Origin: Chrysomallon squamiferum
Taxonomy: Eukaryota > Animalia > Mollusca
Assembly: GCA_012295275.1 (NCBI GenBank)
Contig: CM022669.1
Span: forward strand, 12,028,001 to 12,092,000
Direction of reading: 5' to 3'
DNA length: 64,000 nucleotides
Shown here: piece after piece, positions 1 through 13,899 of the stretch
Layout: every line of letters begins with the position of its first letter
Position numbering within the stretch: the first letter of the stretch is position 1
Program-made: the position numbers and the translations under genes
The notes under the pieces: model-generated
What the model was told of the DNA's origin: nothing
The model's database searches: none
The model's input: only the letters and a program-made list of their open reading frames with translations

Positions 1-636
1 AATACACACACAGCAAGTCAATGCATTTTAAATGTTAACAGTCATTATGGTGATGTTTTACTTTTATATAGTGACTTAAGAAAGGAAATGTTTAGTATCT
101 TACCAGATTTCAGCAACAAACCTTTTATTTACCAAATGAATAACAGTCATACCAATGTATGTAAAATAAAATAATCAATCTCTAATGTCAACATATAAAT
201 TTTTATTTAATAATAATAATAATAATATTAAGAAACTGGAAAACAAAATTAAAGTGCCTTTTTTCAATGAACCATGCTTAATGTATTACTTTAAAAGTGC
301 CAATAGAGATAAATATTATATTATAAATTTAATTTCCTGAAAGATATTGGAAATGTATTTGCGATGATGACGTAACAAAGTATGTACTATGAACAGAAGG
401 ACAAAGATACTACATAAATTAAGTTGACTTAATTCATTCTGACAGTTTTAACAGTTGTGAAAGGGCAGAGCACTGAACTGAACTCTAACTCTAATTTTAC
501 ATGATGTACTGTCATGTCTGTGTATATATCTAAACTGACATCACGACCTAACATCATTTACAAAAATAGTTTATGTCCATATACTGCTTGGTGGTCTAAC
601 CCTAAAACAACGAATGAACAAAAGACTAAGTGGCTA

Positions 637-667
<31 letters not shown>

Positions 668-2754
668 GAAGAAATAATAGACAGATGGATGAATGAAGCA
701 CTAACTACAATAACTGACAATGATGCTTATTATTTTGTTTGGGTTTGTAATAAAGGTGTTTAATTTAAATGACATGAAACTTGTATCAAACATTTAACAT
801 ATGGTGTAACAATACGTTACATGTAGTAACCATCACTTTACAAATACGGTGTACTTAGCGACACTTATTAACATCCTTTACACTTGTCACATTAACTGAA
901 TCCCATCACTAAACATAACTTCTTTTATTAATAACATCTGAAAATATAGTGGGATAACAATACATTGAAAATATAAACTTGAAACAGAAACTGCCTTTAA
1001 ATATATTAAAACAATATAGACAAAGTTGGGGCAGTTATCCTTGGAACGTAACCGGTTTATAAATACAAAATAAAAACAAAATCACGAATTTTTAAAGAAA
1101 AGAAAAAAAAAAAGAAAAGGAAAAAAAAAGGAAACTCCCTTAAAAAAAAAAAAAAAAAAAAAAAAAAACAACCTTCAAAAGCACAAAAAAAAGAAAAAAG
1201 AAGAAAATTATCATTAAAAAAAAAAATTAATTAAAAATTATTTTTAAAAAGCATCCCACAAGAAACACAAACTACAAAACAAAACAAAGAACAGGACCAC
1301 TAAAAATGTTTTAAGCCTCATAAAATATTATTAAACAACAGACATAACATAAAACATCGCAATCTGATTCCTTAACCTTCACCTTTACAAAAGTGCAAGA
1401 TCCTTCAGAAAGCACTTTACTATAAATAAACAGCTTGGTAAGAACCAGAATATTCTGGTGCAACTTATGATTTATGCAAAATAAGCTGAATATTAGGGTA
1501 ACAGACTAAACATCCAAATTGCCTTGTTAAATTTTTAGCATATTTGAAGCTTACATTTTAATAATTCAAAACAGAGCTGAGATTTTATCACTTCATCTTT
1601 TTTTCTGTCAAACAAAAATGAAGAAAAAAATGAAGTCAAATTGAGTATAACAGAAAAAAAATCATCTAATTTGTTACCAACGTATTATTTATAATGGTAA
1701 AATAATTAACTGAAACTGAATTACTAGAATTTAGAAAATAAATAAATAAAAAACAATTAAAAAAAAAAAATAAATAAAATAATAAAATAATAAAAAAGCC
1801 AAAAAATTAGAGCCTAGTTCTCACTAACACATTAGTAAAAAAAAAAAAATATATATATTTCTCAAAGTAAATTCATGAAATGTTCTTAAAATAAGAGGTT
1901 TCTATCTATCACTTTCTGTCAATATTAATATCTCTCAAAGCAAAACTGTTATTAAATTAAAAAAAAAAAAATGTTAAATTTTTAACAAATAAATAAACAA
2001 AGAAGAAAAAAACTGTCATGTCAAGATATTTTTTGCAAATTATTAACCCTGTTCTGTGTGGTTCTGTTTCCATGAAGCTTCAATTAGTAATCTTAGAAAA
2101 ATCTATTACTGTCCATGCCTTTGTTAAATTGAATATTAATAATAAATCATTAGTACCAAACATATGCCATTGTTATGATACTGGTAATATATACATAGTT
2201 CTGTCAGTGGACAAAAAAACCCAACAAATTGCTGTCAATTTAAAAAAGAATATCCCATGTAATGTCTGTTGCCTCTATCTTTTTTCATAAGTGTTATCCT
2301 TAACAGTATGTGTTATACCACCACCCAAGAGACACGTACATTGTAATCTGGTTCCTTGTTCTCCCCCTTTGCTGCAGTTTACTAAAAATGCACACACAGC
2401 TTCGGTAAACAGAACTTTTTTTTTTTTTCCTTCCTTGATTTCATGACATCTGATAGCATCCAACAAAACACTGACTAGAATAATCTTTTAATACAGACTG
2501 GATGGAATTTATGAATCATGTTAAAAATACCTGAACAAAAACAAATAAATATGGTGTTGATTTTGGAAATACTAGTGTTATTGATGTTTATATTTCCAGC
2601 AGGATATTGCCTATTAATATTAGTCTGCCTGTTAGTGTTATACCTTCTGATAAAATTAATGCGTTGGTATATAAAAAAAAAAATTGAATTATCATCTTTG
2701 GTGCAATAATGTAACTAAAGAAATAAATTATGATAACAAAATACTGCAGGGATT

Positions 2755-2755
<1 letters not shown>

Positions 2756-2843
<88 letters not shown>
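2756..2843. repeat. (TG)n microsatellite
   Basis: Perfect TG run of about 44 units. Confidence 0.98.
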
Positions 2844-2846
<3 letters not shown>

Positions 2847-3240
2847 TGCGTGCATGCATGCACTTTTTGTGCAGATATATTTTATAAATTTCTTCACAGA
2901 ATTGATTTCCTATTCATGTATTAAAAGCTGTGCTTTACAAAACAACTTTTATTTGATCATTACAAAGGCTCTTAAAAACTGCTGAGTGATACTTAGACAG
3001 AAAACAAGGAATGTGAAGAACATTCTAGAATTGATAATTTCTTTGTTAGGGAAACTGTTTTAAGAATAAAGTTCTGCAAGGAATACTCAGTCTTGTTCAG
3101 GTAATTTAGAAAAGTCATAATAAATTATGAATATCCGAGTTTTTAAGTTTTGCATATTATTATTTGTCTAATCAGCAAATACACTCTTGAATTTACCAAT
3201 AAATAAATTTATCTATTTTTTCTTTTATTTATTTATTTAT

Positions 3241-3367
3241 TTGTTGTTGTTGTTGTTGCTGTTGCTGTTGTTACTGCTGCTGTTGCTGTTGTTGTTGTTG
3301 TTGTTGTTGTTGCTGTTGTTGTTCATGCTGCTGTTGTTGTTGCTGCTGCTGCTGTTGTTGTTGTTTG
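3241..3367. repeat. (TTG/CTG)n compound trinucleotide repeat
   Basis: Direct reading; explains the poly-Leu ORF. Confidence 0.95.
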
Positions 3368-3839
3368 TAATGATTTAATATGAAAAGAACTTAGAAACCC
3401 TCAGATGTGGGAACTGCAATCAGACTCCAGTCTTCACCTACTTGATCAGTTATCATATAAAAACATGCCGAGGATCTGATATATATAAAACATGTTAAGG
3501 GTCTAATAATAAACAATAACACAGATAAATATCACCATCTACATGATCTCCTCATTAAATATTCTTTATCACCATTTCTTTCTGCCATGTTTATTTGCTT
3601 CTTATTCCCACCATTAAAGGATGTGAAGATTTTATCTTATCTTCTTGAAGCTTCTTGTTTACTCGGAACCACAAGAAACTTGCCAGCTACCAGTACTAAT
3701 AAAAATTCTCTGACACACACAGTACTGCTAAACCCATTATGTCTTCTAAGTAAGTACAAGACACTGCTATAAAACAGAATACCATTTTATATAAAATCAG
3801 AAATATTTTTATAAGTTATTTTTTTTAATTATTAGTTTA

Positions 3840-3967
3840 TATATGTTGTTAATAATAATAATAATAATAATATACCATAGTGTAGTGCTGTGTGATGTTG
3901 TATTGGTTTGTATGTGTTGTTGTTAATAATAATAATAATATAGCATAGTGGTGTGTGATGTTGTATA
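3840..3967. repeat. Imperfect ~70 bp tandem duplication containing (AAT)n
   Basis: TGTTGTT(AAT)nATA(C/G)CATAGTG..TGTGTGATGTTGTAT occurs twice. Confidence 0.75.
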
Positions 3968-4382
3968 CTCAAGTTTAGTGAAGTAATGTGGTGTCTTGTA
4001 TTGAGTACACTGTAGGATAGAGTATTGTGTTATTGAGTTCTAACGTAGCCTAAGTATACCATAACTCAGTACATCACATTACAGTGTGGCACAGTGTATA
4101 ATATTCATGCTCACAGTTATCAGAGTAGAAGAGTAGGAGTAGCAGTAGTAATTACCAAAATTACGTTTATGTTAATATTTATGTTATTAATTAAATCTAT
4201 TTTCATCAGTTTAAGGTAACTAACTGCATTTTAAAAACAGAAAGACACACATGATGAACAAATCAATTAGTGGATGTTTAGTATAAATTTTAGACTCATC
4301 ATATTAATGAAGAAACAATATCAGACATTATTTTAAATTTATTAAGACCCAAAACAAAAAACATAAACATTATTTTTTTAAT

Positions 4383-4384
<2 letters not shown>

Positions 4385-4437
<53 letters not shown>
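4385..4437. repeat. (CA)n microsatellite
   Basis: Direct reading. Confidence 0.97.
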
Positions 4438-4443
<6 letters not shown>

Positions 4444-5246
4444 CACATAGTTTTACTTAAAAACACAAGTGACACCCACATCTAGAGTTACTACTTTACA
4501 TGTTTTGGTAATAATAAGAAGTTTTATTGAAATTGGTTTTGAGAAATTAAGCAGGTGCTCTGCTGAGGAAGGAAAACAAATCTTGATTATATTCTCATAG
4601 GCATGATAGTTTTCATTACATATATTGAAATGAGAATATAAATGAATCTAAAATTCAGTTCAGGTAATGCTCATGAAATGGTAATTGGTTTATGTCTATT
4701 AGTCTAGCCACTAATGATAATGTTATGTAAGTTTTGGTTGTCAAGGTCAAACTGTAATTTAATTTACTTATTTATTTTTTGGGGGCAAAACTGGCATTTT
4801 GTGATATTTTTATCTCACTTTATTTATTACTGAGTAAATAAATCTATGCTGTTTTAATTTGCATGTTATTAGCTGAGCCTCTTGGCTAGGGATACAATAT
4901 ATGTGACATTATAAAGTATAGTAATAATTGAAAAAACATCTATTATTGCCTTTTTTCTTCTGTTTTTCCCTCCACTATGATCAAACAAGTTTGGTTTGAA
5001 TGCTATTGTAACAATTTTTGAGTGAATAGAAATCATGAATAATAATGTTCTTAAGATGTTTTAATGCTAAAAGTTGTGTTTTCTTTTCAAAAGAGGACTT
5101 AGTTACTAAGCATTCATTGCAGTATTAAAAATACATTTCAGTTAATTAAATGTTGAAATAAAAACTACAAAAAAACTGTTATTTTATTTTTTTGATTTTT
5201 TTTAAATATTTCGTTTTTATTCTTAAATGTACATTATATATATGTA

Positions 5247-5278
<32 letters not shown>

Positions 5279-7640
5279 AGGAGGGTGAGTGTGTGTGTCT
5301 ATGTTTATTATACCATCCAGTTCACCAGATAACAGTAAAATCAACAATACAAACAAAACACAATTATTTGGATTTAAAAACCAAAATCAATGTCAATTAA
5401 CTATTATTAATGTTATTTTCTAATTAGTCTGGCTATACAAATACAACTGATGATACCAAGAAGTATGGACCTGCAATGAAACCAGATATGAAATTCACAC
5501 CCTTTTACTGTACACCAAGGACGCTTACTTATATCAGTCTATGGTTTAACCATATTCACACTGTTTACAGAAACATTTCTATGAATGAACAAAACTAGGG
5601 GAAAACTGTAGCACTGAATCCTGTCTACAACAGATGGAAATGCTAACGTAACCCTATACGAGATATTTCACACACTGAAGGAAAATAGCTAAACGTGGCA
5701 AAGAAAACAGTTGTAAGGCAGCACATTTCATTTATTACAATGTAGTCTGTTACTTTTGTCTGCACTGGTTCTCCCATAATTGTTATCTGACCTATGACCT
5801 TACCACTGGCAGAAAACAGACATTTGCACAGCATCTGCACAACCAGCAGTGTGCTTTTGTTGCCACTTTTCTGCCAGGTTGCATGTGTTTGGTTTTGCAA
5901 CCAGGCTGAATGGGAATACTTCAATAAACACTTGCCAATAAGGGTCCAACTATGTTAGTGAATAATTTTACACAATGGAGTCATTATTAAAAAACATTCC
6001 AACAGGGGTTACAAGTTTACACTAAACGAAAACACTCGAAATGGTTTCATTGTGCTGTATGCTGTTTTTATACTTATTATTACATTTGTACATTAGTATT
6101 ATTTATAAGCATTTTAGAATGGAAATAATTTAAAAAAATTAACAATTAAGTCTGCTGGATTTTTAGCAGATTTATAAACTGTTTCCACCATTATATTTTA
6201 AAATTTTAAAATTGTTATTTTTTTTTATATATATAAAACAGTAAAAAAGCCACTTTAAATAAATAACTGAATTTTTATAGTTCTTTTTGAATATAAATTT
6301 AACATTGTAAAAGTTTACGTTATCTATATCATCTTATTCAAACAGCATATCTGAAAAATAACCATTTATACTGTACTTTTTTTATGACTGATTTGCAAAC
6401 AAACAAATAGGGTATCTACAATGAAAGTGAAATACCAAGTTTTTTACTTTTGTAAATGATATCTCACACAAACTGACACTGACCAAAAATTAATTTTGGT
6501 AAAATCATTAATACTAAAGATATATCCAGACAGGTGAATGACATTAATTCTCAGAATGGATAAAAAACAACAACAAATAAACAAATAAATAAAAATTTCC
6601 TGAAAATATTGATTTAAAAAAAAAGATAGATGAAGAAATAAACCAACATCCTTACAGACAACTTTACAGCACAACTGTAAACATACCTTTCTTAAAGAAA
6701 ATAATATATCTGAATCTGAGTGAAATACAAGACAATTTTGATAAGAAGAGGGCACATAAAAGTAAATGAATCATTCAGTTTTTTCAGTGCTAACCAGACA
6801 GCAAAACAAATGGAGGACGAAATCAATGGAACATCTTTTTCATGGACAGGAATGTTATAATAATAGTTTACACTAGAACAATTTTAATGTAACAAACAAC
6901 AGCACACCATCTGCAAGGCTTTAACACCAAATTGACAAAAAAAAAAACCATTCCAACAAAAATCTCAATCAAGTAAGGTACAAATTTGTATATCCAGTGG
7001 TGAGGAAAAACCCCAAAACATCAACAGTTTTTTCTGATATTCTTATATATTTCAAAGAAACAACAACTGTGTCTGGTGTAGCTTAATAATATATAGCTGA
7101 CAGCTGAAGTAAAATGAATGTCTGGTTTCTCAAGATTATCTCTAAAGGTGTTGATTAAGGTAGCGTGGCTTGCTAGTCAGAAAGTGACGAATGTTCAAAA
7201 AATAAAATTAAATAAACAACAACCACCATTTGTTCTTAAAATTCAATTTCCTATTAAATAAAGAAAATGTAAATTTTGTATATGCCCAAAAAAAAAGATT
7301 GTATACCAATACATGTGCTTTTACAAAATTTACAAAAAAACAATTATGTGTTTTTTTTCTCACAATTTTGGGATAAGTTTTAATAATTATTATTGCTTTT
7401 CTACATTATCCCTTTTTATGTGAAAGCAAACACTGTAAAAAAATTTTTTTAAATAAAAATGAAACAAGAAGCAAGACAGGCAGAAACATTAAAAAAAAAA
7501 AGCTTCTTGTTATGTAAAAAATGTTAGTTTGAAAATAAATTTAAAAAGTAATTATTTTGTCTAGCAAAGAAAGTTAATCATACAAAATTTCCATCATTTT
7601 ATATATGTCTTCAATGGTACCTGTTTGTAAGTACAGATAT

Positions 7641-7860
7641 GTATTTGTGTGTTTATGTTTGGTTCAGTATTTGTGTGTTTATGTCTGGTTCAGTATTTGT
7701 GTGTTTATTGATTGGTATGTATTTGTGTATTTATATATGGAGATATATCTGCATGGTTGTGTATTGGTTTGTATGTGTATGTTATGTATGGGAGCGCATT
7801 TGTGTATTTGTGTATGTATTTGATTGAGCTTATTTACATATGGGTAGATATTTGTGTATC
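7641..7860. repeat. TG-rich low-complexity tract opening with a 26-bp tandem repeat (~2.6 copies)
   Basis: GTATTTGTGTGTTTATGT(T/C)TGGTTCA repeated from 7641. Confidence 0.85.
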
Positions 7861-8204
7861 AAACTGAAATAGTACTGGCACAATTATTACTTTAGTTTTC
7901 TTTAATGATAAACAGTTGAAAGATCATCTGAAAGGAATAAAATAATACACAAATCATGATGTTGCTGTTTTCTTGTGGTGGTCATTGTGACCTTTAACCA
8001 GCAAGCCACCATGTGGATGTTGTTGTTGTTCCACTCCTGTATATTGTCCAACATTTCAAACCCATGTGGTGCTACCATTAACAGCTTGCTGAAATCTCTG
8101 AGAAATCCTTCAGTTCCAGGTCATTACACATCATGAAAATAGGTTTCCCATGAACTTAGACAAACAACTAATAAAAATCAGGTGAGCCCACAGACATGAT
8201 TTAT

Positions 8205-8430
8205 TAAGGGATCAAATCTCCTGGATGTATTCACTGAGGTGTTTTTCCCCCCCCTTTTTTCTGTTCCAGCTAGCCTTAAAGTGGGTTAGTCAAAGTTTGT
8301 GGTATGTGCTGCTTTGTCATAAAACAAACCCTCATCCTTGTTAATTATTAATATTTGTCCATGAAAATGAGGAGACCTCATTTCTCTCTCATGAGATCAC
8401 TGCACAAAATGTGGTATTAAAATAATAGTT
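8205..8430 (+). mobile_element. Degenerate SINE-like interspersed repeat
   Basis: GGATCAAATCTC..TGTTTTTCCC..TTCCAGCTAG..TCAAAGTTTGTGGTATGTGCTGCTTTGTC; resembles by eye the copy at 31625 and, from memory, an abundant gastropod tRNA-derived SINE core. Confidence 0.4.
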
Positions 8431-9804
8431 CATTCAGTCATTCACCATTTTGATACTGAATCTGAAATATCGTTACATATTCTTACTGAACAGTCGGTAC
8501 AGTTTAATATTAGTTTAATATCTAAACTAAGCACACATGTATGTAATTAACATAAAGATTATTAAAAAAATAACAACAATATAAAAAAAAAAAAAAAAGA
8601 AGAAAAAGTAAACAACCTATTTCTAAATTCATTAATGTAATACATGTAGTAAATATAATTTTATCTATATAAAACTACTTGTGATAAAATGAAATATAAG
8701 TATTAATTAATGTAATTCAAGTGAAAGATAAACATCGCCACTGTTTAAATAAAAAAATAAAATTTCTTATCAACATAGTTGCTTTCTAAATTATTAATGT
8801 ACCAGATATTTGCCCTGACGGTTCACCTACACTTAAGGGTAATTAGTGTTAAAATAACAGTAAGGTCAAGATAATCTAAGTTAATTTCCTTTATTTTTAT
8901 TTTTATGTAAAAAAAAAAAAATGAGTGAAGAAGAAGAAACATGTTTTTTTCTTTCTCAATGTAGATACAAAGTCCCAGTTTGCCATGCCCGTGTACTGGT
9001 TTTTCTGTTTGATTTCTCTCCATTTTGTTGCAATGCGGTACAAAGCCCAGAGACAATATTTGCCTTGTCTTCGGCTTCGCTTTCTCCCCCTCCATGACTT
9101 TCATCAACACCAGCAGCATCTGCACACAAAGTGTGTGAACTTTGACATAGCTGGCATGATTGCACCAGGAAACAGCACAGTGGCACAAAAAGCTATTCTC
9201 CGAGTCTACTGTTTTAGTTCACTGTGCAGTGAGGCAGGCAAGTGGCTGCTGTTGATGTCTTGAGTGCATCAAGTCCTTTTGACAATTAAAAATGACAACA
9301 CTGTCTTCATATATCATTCATTTGTACTGTTTGTAGCCATGTTTTAATCCGGAAACGTTACTTAAAAAGGAAAGACATAAAAGATTTAATTGTAAAGAAA
9401 ATATCTTGTTATTTCCTTTTTTTTTTCTTTTTTTAACATGACAGAAAGACAATATTTTGTCTGGTATGTGATGACTTGTTTGGAATTCTTTAGAAAAAAT
9501 GACACAGGTGCAAGAATCCCACCTGTTTGAGTATTTAATATTGAAGACAAAATACAGAATTGCAGATCACAAAAAGACCACATAACTGTTGATGTATTCA
9601 TTTTTGATGTTCTTGTCAACAAATCTCAACAAGTGGCTAAATAAGATAAATGTTGACAGGAGATAAAATGTTTTGTCACGGTCATGTCTGTCTCGGATAC
9701 CATGAATGGATGTTGAAAACACACCCTAATATATCACAGTGTAAATCTTTCTAACCTCTTATATACAAAAATGGGCAGAAGCAGTTAATAATCACCTTGC
9801 ACAT

Positions 9805-10125
9805 TTTATTGGATACTTTTATATTATTTTTAATATATTCTAGAGAACAGTTTTATAGAACTTTTTATGTTTGAGTGAACACTTTTATATTATTTTGTAT
9901 ATTTTAGTGAACAATTTTATATTATTTTGTATATTTAGAGAACACTTGTATATTAACTTCTATATTTTATTGAACAATTTTCTTAAAATGTGTAAATTTT
10001 ATTGACAACTTTCATATTGTTTTGTATATTTAGAGAACACTTGTATATTAACTTCTATATTTTATTGAACAATTTTCTTAAAATGTGTAAATTTTAGTGA
10101 CAACTTTCATATTATTTTGTAGTAT
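9805..10125. repeat. AT-rich minisatellite, ~32 bp monomer x ~10, with a 95-bp higher-order duplication
   Basis: Monomer ~GTGAACACTTTTATATTATTTTGTATATTTTA; near-identical 95-bp blocks start at 9925 and 10020. Confidence 0.88.
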
Positions 10126-10600
10126 CATCATAGTTTGGTCTATTTTCTTTTGCCCTTCATTATATAACATTACTGTTTTAAAAAAATAAATGAAAAATAT
10201 ATATAAAGATAATGCTATTTTAATTACTTTTATTACATTTATTTTTAATCTTTTTCTTTCTTTAAATCTTTTTCTTTTTTATGATTTCAACAAAGACAAA
10301 ATACTGTTTCAGTTAAATATTCTTTTTGAAAATATTCTTTCCTCTGTTAGAAAAAATGTCTGGGAATTCACATAAAAGAATTAAAAAAAAAACAGCATGT
10401 TTTTGCTCTACTTTTTTTTTTTCTTCTTGTTGAAGTTGCACAGTTTGGCACTAATCCCTCTGACAACTGTTTCAAATGATTACTGAACAAGAGTTTTTTA
10501 AAGCCTACTAAGAAATGTTCCTGCACATTTATACCATGGTTGTATAATGTTACTAGGGTTTTTTCTTCTGTTGTTATGGCAGCTGAAACTAGGTATTGGA

Positions 10601-10654
10601 GTGTGTGCACATTGTGTATGTGTGTATGGGTGTGTGTGTGTGTGTGTGTGCCTG

Positions 10655-10688
<34 letters not shown>

Positions 10689-10705
10689 CTGTGTGTGTGT
10701 GTGTG
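10601..10705. repeat. Interrupted (TG)n microsatellite
   Basis: Direct reading. Confidence 0.95.
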
Positions 10706-11730
10706 CATGTATCCATGCTTACACGTAATCAAACCTATTAACTTCTTATTAAACTATATCCACTGCCATTGTGCTACAGTATTTGCATATCCTGTTAACT
10801 TCACATCACATATGACGTCAATCATTAAGTCTGTAATAAACCTAGTTACAACAAACTTTGTTTCCATTTATACTCAAATCTATGACATTCCGTGACTGAC
10901 CTCTATGGAAATAGTTTTGTACACCTACATTCATACAATCCTGTTCCTTCACTGAGACAGAACACTTGTCTTTTTTAGTGTTTCAGTTTACACCCATTGA
11001 TTTCAGAATTCTTTGTAGCTGCGTAAGACACACAGGCGTGACAAATACCTATGAATGGATGTGGTCAGAACCTCTTCAGACAGTCCGTGTTGGTAAATAT
11101 CACAAGAATACGGCTCATGTATTAAATTATGGTGTACACAATAGTGTTTTGGTAGATGAATTAAAAATGCCCCTGTTGATCAAATTTCTGTTACCATAAG
11201 TAAGAATGTTTTTGACACACGTTCTAAGTATTACTGTAATGGGCGTTATTGTGTATGAAACGAAATGGTAATGTAATTATGTGGTTCTGATGCAGCCACA
11301 CTTTTCAAAACATCATGCACATCATAGAGACAAGTACAAAAGATGAGTTTATGTTCAGGTTCTGTCAAGATAAATGTTTGTATTACATTACTGATGTCAT
11401 AATGGGTACTTTCAACTGCCCTTCCTTTGATAAATAAATATATTTAGTTTACATTAATTCAGATAAATTCAAATAATGGCCACCAAAAGAAAGAGAAACT
11501 TGATTATACTGTGGATGATGTGGTTCAGATGATAAAGCATTTTTATTTATGAAAATATTTTGATGTTTCATGGATGTAATATAACATTTATTTAAAAAAA
11601 AATAATAATAATTTAATTATTTTATTGTTTTTTTTATATTTCATTTTGAATTTATATATATATATATTCAAAAACAAAATGCACACACATACATATAAAT
11701 ATATATACAGATACACATACATACATAATT

Positions 11731-11739
11731 ACACACACA

Positions 11740-11784
<45 letters not shown>
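11731..11784. repeat. (CA)n microsatellite
   Basis: Direct reading. Confidence 0.95.
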
Positions 11785-11786
<2 letters not shown>

Positions 11787-13833
11787 CAAATACAGTCATT
11801 ATTACAGAATTAGTAAAACCTTTGTTTTTCAACAAGCCAGGTGAAACTTAATATATTAATATTGGTCAGTTATGATCTAAAAATAATGACTGTACTATAA
11901 ACTCGTTACAAGATTCAATTCTGATCATATCTCTGAAATGTCTTTTCACATTCTTGCACACACAAATAACTTTACACAAATGTTACTTTGATCTGTTCTG
12001 GTATTCTGCCATGCAGCTATTCTTCAGTTCTGGTAATATTACAGCATCCCCAAAAGATCAAGTACACACCCGCTGATTAGATTTTTCCCCCCAGTGGAAT
12101 AAAATGTACTCTATTATAATATTGGTTATCTGATTATTTCTAAAGGACAACAAAAATAAAAAAGATGTGAATGCAACTTATTTTTTTATATATTTTTAAC
12201 TAAGAATTTTTAAAAGACAATTTCAAAAGTATAAGTAATTATTTGTTAATAATGAATAATGTTTCTAAACTTTAAGAATAAAAAGATTATATATTTAGAA
12301 AAAAATCCCAAAAACTAAATTATAAAAAATTAAAAAAGCAAAACTAAAAAAAAAAAAAATTAAAAAACTATAGGTTATCTCTCTATCTTGAAGATAAATA
12401 ACAGCCATATCACAAATATTACTTAGAAAAATCTCCAGGAAGATAAAATTATCATAAAACAAGTTATTTCAGTATCTGGTGAACTCCTTAATAAAAGCAT
12501 TTTAATGCCTACTTGAATTTGGAAATCTTGTTTGTTGATAAAGGTACATGAATTGATCCATGGCGATACAGATGATTTATAATCTGCACACATTAGCTAA
12601 CAAGGAAGTGCTTCGGTCAAACAAAGAATGTTTATCATTCTTGGAGTCTACCTAACACTCTTGAGTAACACTTCAGCACAGCAGTAAACTGACAGTGTGG
12701 TTAGAGTTACAGAAACCACACACAAAAGTCTATGTATTGTAAAATCCATCAAGGTCACAGCAACCATGTGAAAAAGGACGAAAACTGAACAAAATGAGTT
12801 TTTAATTTGTTTCAAGTTTTCAGTTCTGCAATTGTCATTTGAAAATAATTTATTAAAATGACAGTATTATGGGGTTCTTTGACTTTGTTGTTTGTTTCTG
12901 TTTTACTTTTCAGCAAGTGTGGAATGTCAAGATAAAAAGCAACGGTGGCAAGGATATAGGTGAATGAAAAAAACACAGAAAACAATAAGAAAGAATATTT
13001 TGGAGATAAATATAAACACAAAGACATTTATATGGTAATGCCATATACCTTTGAGTAATACAAAAGCAATAATTTTCAACTTAAAACATTTCTAATTTAT
13101 AGTCTGTAGAGATTTTTGTGGCCAAAAAACAACTTAGAATCTTTTAGAACATTACAGGTATGTTCTTTATAATTGTACTATGAAAGTTAAATAAACTTTT
13201 AAAGGATGAAAGAAATAGATTTCTTTAGTAGTTACATTTAAACAAAAACAATCATGATGACATTTTACTAAGTAAAATTTAGAAGAAAAAATATATACCT
13301 ATACATAACTGACTGTATAAAATTACATTACTATGAAGGTGACAAATCCTCAGCCTGTAAGGGATCTTTTAAACATCTGACGTTATGAAATAATGTAATA
13401 ATACAAGAATAAGTGTTAGGTTTAATGTTATTTGTGTTGTTTGTTTTTTGATTTTCATATTTTATTAGAAAACATCATCAGTTAGAACAATGAAATCAAG
13501 GATACAAAATATTGTTTTACATTTTTTTGTTCCATACAAAAAAAGGTACACATTACAAAGGGAGACAGAATTTATGCAGATAACACATCATTTATACTTA
13601 TCATGAAGAGCAAATGTCAGTAACCTTTTGCTAAATCAAAGCACTAAACAAATTACCTCAGTTTGCTGCTTTTAAAGGCAAATTATATTCATGATTTATG
13701 AAACTGTTTCTAAAAATAAGAATAAATATTTAGTTCATTACAGTGGAGATATAATAACAAAACAAGAAAACTAAAAATGTATGAAAAATAGACAGTACTC
13801 TTCTATTCAAACAAAAGACTGTCCCACTAACAT

Positions 13834-13866
<33 letters not shown>

Positions 13867-13899
13867 ACACAGATGCACACACACACACAAACACAAAAC
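13834..13899. repeat. Interrupted (CA)n microsatellite
   Basis: Direct reading. Confidence 0.92.

Noticed and set aside
364-442. ATGATGA ... CTGA spaced like a box C/D snoRNA
   Set aside because: Antisense to the host CHSY1 intron, essentially no terminal stem, and no recognisable rRNA guide.
2588-3378. Poly-HT, poly-CV and poly-L ORFs (similar ones near 4299, 10498-10895, 27583-28056, 42004-42514)
   Set aside because: Translations of microsatellites.
9805-10125. Repeat array considered as CRISPR-like
   Set aside because: Contiguous degenerate monomers without unique spacers, eukaryotic intronic context, no cas genes.
12690-12722. TGACAGTGTGGTTAG resembling miR-34, with a small hairpin
   Set aside because: Seed mismatch (TGAC versus TGGC), divergent 3' half, and a stem far too short for a pre-miRNA.
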